Of a DNA stretch of 64,000 nt, positions 59,463 through 64,000 are shown piece after piece (the stretch's first letter is position 1; the number at the start of each line of letters is the position of its first letter). This DNA comes from Planctomycetota bacterium (GTDB lineage Bacteria; Planctomycetota; PLA2; JAEUHO01). The translations under genes and the position numbers were made by a program. The stretch spans positions 224,001-288,000 of the forward strand of contig CBDCWP010000030.1 of the NCBI GenBank assembly GCA_965223505.1, read 5' to 3'. Below the pieces are notes generated by a model. It had not been told where the DNA came from. It made no database searches and was given only the letters and a program-made list of their open reading frames with translations.

Positions 59463-59620
59463 GGGGTGGCAGTTCCTTCCTCGGCTGATGCCGTAAACAC
59501 ACTTGGCACGACCGAGGATCAGGGCTGCCACCCCCTATCCCATCCCCTACCTCCGCACCCGCGTTCACCGCCTCGCGGTCCGGGGTGTCGTGCACGATCA
59601 CGTTCACGTGCCGATTCCCC

Positions 59621-59698
59621 GTAGGGGCAGCCCTTGTGGCTGCCCAACCCGTGACGCCAAGACACACGCCATTGGGCGACCACGAGGGTCGCCCCTAC
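59621..59698. repeat. intact REP doublet, near-identical to the interrupted one
   Basis: GTAGGGGCAGCCCTTGTGGCTGCCCAACCCGTGACGCCAAGACACACGCCATTGGGCGACCACGAGGGTCGCCCCTAC. Confidence 0.92.
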
Positions 59699-59741
59699 AA
59701 ACCCGTAGCCGACAGATCACCACCCGTGGGAGATGACGGCG

Positions 59742-60065
59742 CTAGTCGCCCTTCTTGCGTACCAACGTCACGAGGAACGCTGCGTTCTCGGTTCCGGGAT
59801 TGCTCGGACCTGCCGGCTTCGAACCGTCATAGAACGCGAGATCGCCCTTGGTGACCTCCGCGTCGCCTTCGCCGGGCGTGACGCGCACGGCCCCTTCGAG
59901 GCAGTACAGGATTGCCTCGCGCCGGCGATGGGTGAACGGCGTGAGCCCTTGTCCGGGCTTCAGACACACCAGCGTCACGATCGACCGGTCGGTCTCGATG
60001 ATCTTCTTCGTGAACGGACCGTCGTCGCGGAACTCCATCCACTGCTCTACGGAACGCGTGTCCAT
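59742..60065 (-). CDS. cupin-domain protein
   Basis: LVCLKPGQGL.PFTH..EAILYCLEG.V...G....V.KGDL cupin pattern. Confidence 0.8.
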   Translation of the reverse strand: MDTRSVEQWMEFRDDGPFTKKIIETDRSIVTLVCLKPGQGLTPFTHRRREAILYCLEGAVRVTPGEGDAEVTKGDLAFYDGSKPAGPSNPGTENAAFLVTLVRKKGD

Positions 60066-60090
60066 CGGCGCAGTGTACCGTCCTCGTCGC

Positions 60091-61488
60091 CTACCTACCC
60101 GGGTTCGTCATGTGGGTGACGTCGAGCACCTTCTCGAGCTTCGCGGGCGGCAGCAGCTTCTTCTCGGTCGCGATCTCGCGAATCGTACGGCCCGTCTGGT
60201 AGGCCTCCTTGGCGAGCGCGGCCGCCTGGTCGTACCCGATGTGCGGCGCCAACGCCGTTCCCAGCATCAGGCTCTCTTCGACGATCTTCTCGACGCGGTC
60301 GCGATCGACCTCGATGCCCTTGACGCAACGAAGGCGGAAGCCCTCAACGGCGCCGCTCAGCACCTGGATGCCGTCCAACAGCGTGTCGGCCATCAGCGGC
60401 AGCGTGACATTGAGCTCGAACACGCCGGAGGCGCCGGCGGCATTGACCGTCGTCACGTAGCCCTGCACCAGCTGACAGGCCATCAGCAGGCTCTCGCTGA
60501 GCACCGGGTTGACCTTGCCGGGCATGATCGACGAGCCGGGCTGGATCGCGGGCAGCTTCAGCTCGCCGAGGCCGCAGCGCGGACCCGAGCCGAGGTGGCG
60601 GATGTCGTTGGCGACCTTGGTGAGCGCCGCCGCGGCCGAGCCGAGCGCGCCCGCGAAGAACACGCAGGCCTCTCGCCCGCCGAGCTGTTCGAAGAAGTTC
60701 CGCGCGGGACGCAGCTGCATCCCGGTGCGCTTCGACAGGTGCGCGATCGCCTTGGTGTGGAACTTCGGATGGCGGCCGATGCCCGTCCCGACGGCGGTGC
60801 CGCCGAGCGCGACCTCCAGCAGTCCGTCGTACGCGAGCGCGACGCGCTGGCAGGAGTGCGCGACCTGGGCTGCGTAGCCCTGGAACACCTGCCCCATGCG
60901 CACCGGCGTGGCGTCCTGCAGGTGCGTGCGCCCGACCTTCACGACGTCGTCGAACTCCTTCGACTTCTCGAGCAGCGCCACCGCCAGCGAGCTCATCGCG
61001 GGAATGAGCTGTTCCTTCGCCGCGCGCGCGACCGATAGGTGCAAGGCCGTCGGGATGACGTCGTTGCTGGACTGCCCCAGGTTGACGTGGTCGTTCGGGT
61101 GGACCGGCGTCTTCGCGCCGGCCTTCGACCCCAGACCGATGTTGGCGATGTTGCTCAGCACCTCGTTCATGTTCATGTTCGAGGACGTGCCGGAACCCGT
61201 CTGGAAGACGTCGATCGGGAACTCCTCGTCGCGCTTGCCCTTGACGACCTCGTCTGCCGCCTTGCGAATGGCGCTGGCCATGCGCGGCTTGAGCAACTTG
61301 AGCTCCTGATTGGCCTTCGACGCGGCCCACTTGATGTCCGCGAGCGCGTAGAGGAACCGCTTCGGCATCGTGCGGCCCGACACCTTGAAGTTGTCCACCG
61401 CGCGCTGCGTTTGCGCGCCCCACATGCGCTTCGCCGGGACCTTCACGGCCCCCATCGAGTCCTTCTCGGTGCGCATCCGCTGAGCCAT
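60091..61488 (-). CDS. fumC: class II fumarate hydratase
   Basis: RTEKDSMG, WGAQTQRA, FQTGSGTSSNMN, HPNDHVN..QSSND, GRTHLQDATP, GSSIMPGKVNP. Confidence 0.95.
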   Translation of the reverse strand: MAQRMRTEKDSMGAVKVPAKRMWGAQTQRAVDNFKVSGRTMPKRFLYALADIKWAASKANQELKLLKPRMASAIRKAADEVVKGKRDEEFPIDVFQTGSGTSSNMNMNEVLSNIANIGLGSKAGAKTPVHPNDHVNLGQSSNDVIPTALHLSVARAAKEQLIPAMSSLAVALLEKSKEFDDVVKVGRTHLQDATPVRMGQVFQGYAAQVAHSCQRVALAYDGLLEVALGGTAVGTGIGRHPKFHTKAIAHLSKRTGMQLRPARNFFEQLGGREACVFFAGALGSAAAALTKVANDIRHLGSGPRCGLGELKLPAIQPGSSIMPGKVNPVLSESLLMACQLVQGYVTTVNAAGASGVFELNVTLPLMADTLLDGIQVLSGAVEGFRLRCVKGIEVDRDRVEKIVEESLMLGTALAPHIGYDQAAALAKEAYQTGRTIREIATEKKLLPPAKLEKVLDVTHMTNPGR

Positions 61489-61570
61489 CGTCGACCTCCG
61501 ATTTCGCTTTCGGTCCGGCTTCATGCCGGCAACCACGAAAGGTAGCTCCGCGCCAAACCGCGGGGTCGAT

Positions 61571-62716
61571 TTACCCGAGCGCCCGCGACACGTCCGACCA
61601 CAGGTCGTCGACGTCCTCCAGGCCGACCGAAAGGCGCACGAGATCGTCGGTGATGCCGGCCTGCTCTCGCTGCGCCGGTGTCAGTCCCGCGTGACTCGTC
61701 AACGCGGGCGAGCATGCGAGCGTTTCCACACCGCCGAGGCTGGGCGCGTTCGCGATCAAGCGCAGCCCGTCGATGAACGCGCGCGCGTCGCCGTCCGCGA
61801 CGGCGAAAGCGAGGATCGATCCGGCTTCTTGCTCGAGCCGTTGCAACAGCGCGTGGTCCGGGTGGCTCTTCAGCCCCGGATAGAGCACGCGGCCGACGCG
61901 CTCGTCGCTCTCGAGCCGTCGCGCGAGCTCGGCGGTCGTCTCGTCCTGTCGTCGCACGCGCACGGCAAGCGTCTTGAGGCCGCGGTCGAGCAGCCAAGCC
62001 GTCTCGGGATCGCAGATGCCGCCATATACCTTGCGCATGCGGCGGACCTCGGCCGTCAAGGCCGCGCTCCCGGCCACGAAGCCCCCCAGCAGGTCACTGT
62101 GGCCGCCGAGCGACTTCGTCGCGCTCTCCACGACGAGGTCCACGCCGTGGGCGAGCGGCTGCAGCCGCAGCGGGCCCGCGAACGTCGCGTCGAGCACGAA
62201 GAGCGCGCCGTGCGCCTTGCAGCGTTCGGCGATCGCCGGCACGTCGAGCACCCTCAGCACGGGGTTGGTCGGGCTCTCGCCGATCAGGATCGCCGCCCCC
62301 TCCAGGGACTCGTCGACGGCGTCCGGTGTGCTGTCGGTCCAGACGACGTCGATCCCCTCGTGGGACGCGAGCCGCTCGAGCAGCTCGCGCGTGCCGCCGT
62401 ATAGATCGCGTAGCGCGACGATGCGCGCCCCCGCGTTGCCGTGGGCGTGGAAGACGCCGGCCAATGCCGCCATCCCCGACGCGAACAGCACGGCTTCTTC
62501 GGCGCCGTGCAGCGCGGCGAACTTGCGCTCGGCGACCTCGAAGTTCGGATGGCCGTAGCGCGTGTAGAAGCCGCCGGCGCCCGCGGCGTTCTCGAGCAGT
62601 GCGTCTGTAGAGGCGAAGCGAAAGGTGCTCGTCCGATGGATCGGCGTGACGACCGGCCCGTCGCGCTCGTCGTCCGGCGGATCACCGTGGACCGAGCGGG
62701 TTCCGGGTCCGGGCAT
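61571..62716 (-). CDS. PLP-dependent trans-sulfuration enzyme (cystathionine gamma-synthase/lyase family)
   Basis: YTRYGHPN, FASGMAA, ESPTNP, DATFA, ESATKSLGGHSD, SLGGVE, VRLSVGLED. Confidence 0.9.
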   Translation of the reverse strand: MPGPGTRSVHGDPPDDERDGPVVTPIHRTSTFRFASTDALLENAAGAGGFYTRYGHPNFEVAERKFAALHGAEEAVLFASGMAALAGVFHAHGNAGARIVALRDLYGGTRELLERLASHEGIDVVWTDSTPDAVDESLEGAAILIGESPTNPVLRVLDVPAIAERCKAHGALFVLDATFAGPLRLQPLAHGVDLVVESATKSLGGHSDLLGGFVAGSAALTAEVRRMRKVYGGICDPETAWLLDRGLKTLAVRVRRQDETTAELARRLESDERVGRVLYPGLKSHPDHALLQRLEQEAGSILAFAVADGDARAFIDGLRLIANAPSLGGVETLACSPALTSHAGLTPAQREQAGITDDLVRLSVGLEDVDDLWSDVSRALG

Positions 62717-62731
62717 GTTCCTCCCCGGTGG

Positions 62732-63166
62732 CTACAGCTCGCAGACGATGGCGCCGAGCACCGACGGTGCGTCGAGCGGAAGGACGTAGCGGCGTGTCGG
62801 TCCGGTGACCGACTGATCGGTCTTCTCGGCTTCATCGCCGGCGCCGACACCGGTCATGATGATCGGGAGCTGGCGCGTCGCGCGATCGGCGCGCAGCTGC
62901 GAAGCGATGTGCCGTGCGCGGTCGTGCTGGTCCTGCATGTCGATGACGATGAGGTCCGGCCGGAACTCGCGCAGCGCAGGCGCGATCTCGCTGCCCGGTT
63001 CGGCCGAACGCGCTTCGTGGCCGGCGGCCTCGATCGCGGCAACCGCGCTGTCAAGACGCGCCGGGTCCAACCCCAGCACCCACACCCTACGCTTGATGAC
63101 CGGTGTCTTGCGCATGCGCACGGTGCTCGGCTCCTCAGGTTCTTGCTTCTTCGACAACGTCAACAT
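62732..63166 (-). CDS. atypical single-domain response regulator-like protein
   Basis: RPDLIVIDMQ and LRADRATRQLPIIMT resemble REC; the acidic pocket and KP motif are degenerate. Confidence 0.6.
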   Translation of the reverse strand: MLTLSKKQEPEEPSTVRMRKTPVIKRRVWVLGLDPARLDSAVAAIEAAGHEARSAEPGSEIAPALREFRPDLIVIDMQDQHDRARHIASQLRADRATRQLPIIMTGVGAGDEAEKTDQSVTGPTRRYVLPLDAPSVLGAIVCEL

Positions 63167-63257
63167 CCTCGCTGGTCCCCGTCCCGGTGGGGAAGCGGAA
63201 GAGTGTAGGTCCGCAGGCGGAAGGCCCGAAGCGACGTCGGGGGTGCGTCGAGCGCGC

Positions 63258-64000
63258 CTACTCGACCTCCCGGCGAATTCGGGCTTTCCATGCGTCCGGC
63301 ACGACCGAAACCGGAATCGCGACGCCCAGCACCTCGTTGTTGCCCAACGTCGCCGCCGCGACGCCGATCAGACGGGCCTGCGCGTCGATGACGGACCCGC
63401 CGCTGTGGCCCATGCCGATCCAGGCGTCGGTCTTGATCCAGCGCAGCGCGCTGTTCTTGCGCTCCAGCCCGGCCACCGAGCCGCGCGTCAGGATGACCGG
63501 CGTGCGGCTGCGGTCGGAGCCCTCGGCCGGATACCCGAGCACCCACAACGGATCGCCGAGGTGCAGGCCCGCCGAGGCGCCCATGCGAACCCAGGGCAAC
63601 GCAAGTCCCCGGGGGATCTTGCGTTCGAACACGTCAGTCGTCAGCTCGAGCAGCGCGAGGTCCTTGGCCTTGTCTTCCTCGACGACGCGGGCGAAGAAGG
63701 CCTGGGTCGGCGGCGCGTCGAGCCTCGTCGGAAACGCGACGAGAATGCGCCGGCGTTGGATCATGCCGTCACGCCGGCGGGGGTCGAGCACATGGCGGCA
63801 CGTGAGGATCAAGCCGCGCGGCGAGACGCAGGCGCCACTCCCGCCGGCATCGCCCGCGACGGTGAGCTCGACCGTCGCCGCCGCGACGCGCTCGCGATCG
63901 TTGAGTCCTTCGAGCGACATGACCGGCGGCCACACCAGGTCCTTCGGCAACGCGGGCGGGCCGTTGAAGCTGAGTGCCAAGCGGTACCGCACCTCGTCGC
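63258..64000 (-). CDS. trypsin-like serine protease domain protein, 5'-truncated by window edge
   Basis: GSGACVS..GLILTCRHV (His), DLALL (Asp), GHSGG (Ser), LGYP, IKTDA. Confidence 0.85.
   Translation of the reverse strand, partial: DEVRYRLALSFNGPPALPKDLVWPPVMSLEGLNDRERVAAATVELTVAGDAGGSGACVSPRGLILTCRHVLDPRRRDGMIQRRRILVAFPTRLDAPPTQAFFARVVEEDKAKDLALLELTTDVFERKIPRGLALPWVRMGASAGLHLGDPLWVLGYPAEGSDRSRTPVILTRGSVAGLERKNSALRWIKTDAWIGMGHSGGSVIDAQARLIGVAAATLGNNEVLGVAIPVSVVPDAWKARIRREVE

Larger units (their letters stand above)
58185..59543 (-). mobile_element. IS110-family (IS1111-like) element inserted in a REP
   Basis: Flanks rejoin to an intact REP with a shared CC core (58183-58184 / 59544-59545). 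Imperfect sub-terminal IRs TAGGGaaTGGCAaGCCCT / TAGGGggTGGCAGCCCT. The long non-coding end is 3' of the transposase. Confidence 0.9.

Overview
High-GC bacterial chromosome segment. The gene complement (kdsA/kdsB, FliA/WhiG-type sigma factor, alpha2-type GlyRS, HEAT/IPT lipoproteins) suggests a diderm, possibly Planctomycetota; this is inference only. Most of the window is housekeeping and metabolism: kdsA, lysA, glyQS, pyrG, kdsB, rluD, a methylmalonyl-CoA/propionyl-CoA cluster, photolyase, ispH, nfi, two Opp/Dpp-type ABC modules and fumC. Four accessory elements stand out. (1) An IS110-family (IS1111-like) element at 58185-59543 sits precisely inside a GTAG-type REP repeat with a duplicated CC core. 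Its ~230-nt downstream non-coding end holds short matches to both the target and the donor junction in a bridge/seek-RNA-like stem-loop layout. (2) A REP/REPIN family is dispersed through the window and sometimes supplies stop codons. (3) An island at ~5400-15530 carries two tandem Ser/Thr kinase-STAND ATPase-TPR paralogs with very similar N-termini, divergent TPR blocks and a conserved C-terminal tail. It also holds an orphan third tail, a three-copy downstream element, and a small-protein/nucleotidyltransferase pair. (4) An IS256 element has an 8-bp TSD, a C-terminal lesion and a perfect 38-bp palindrome. All product calls come from motif recognition by eye; no searches were run.
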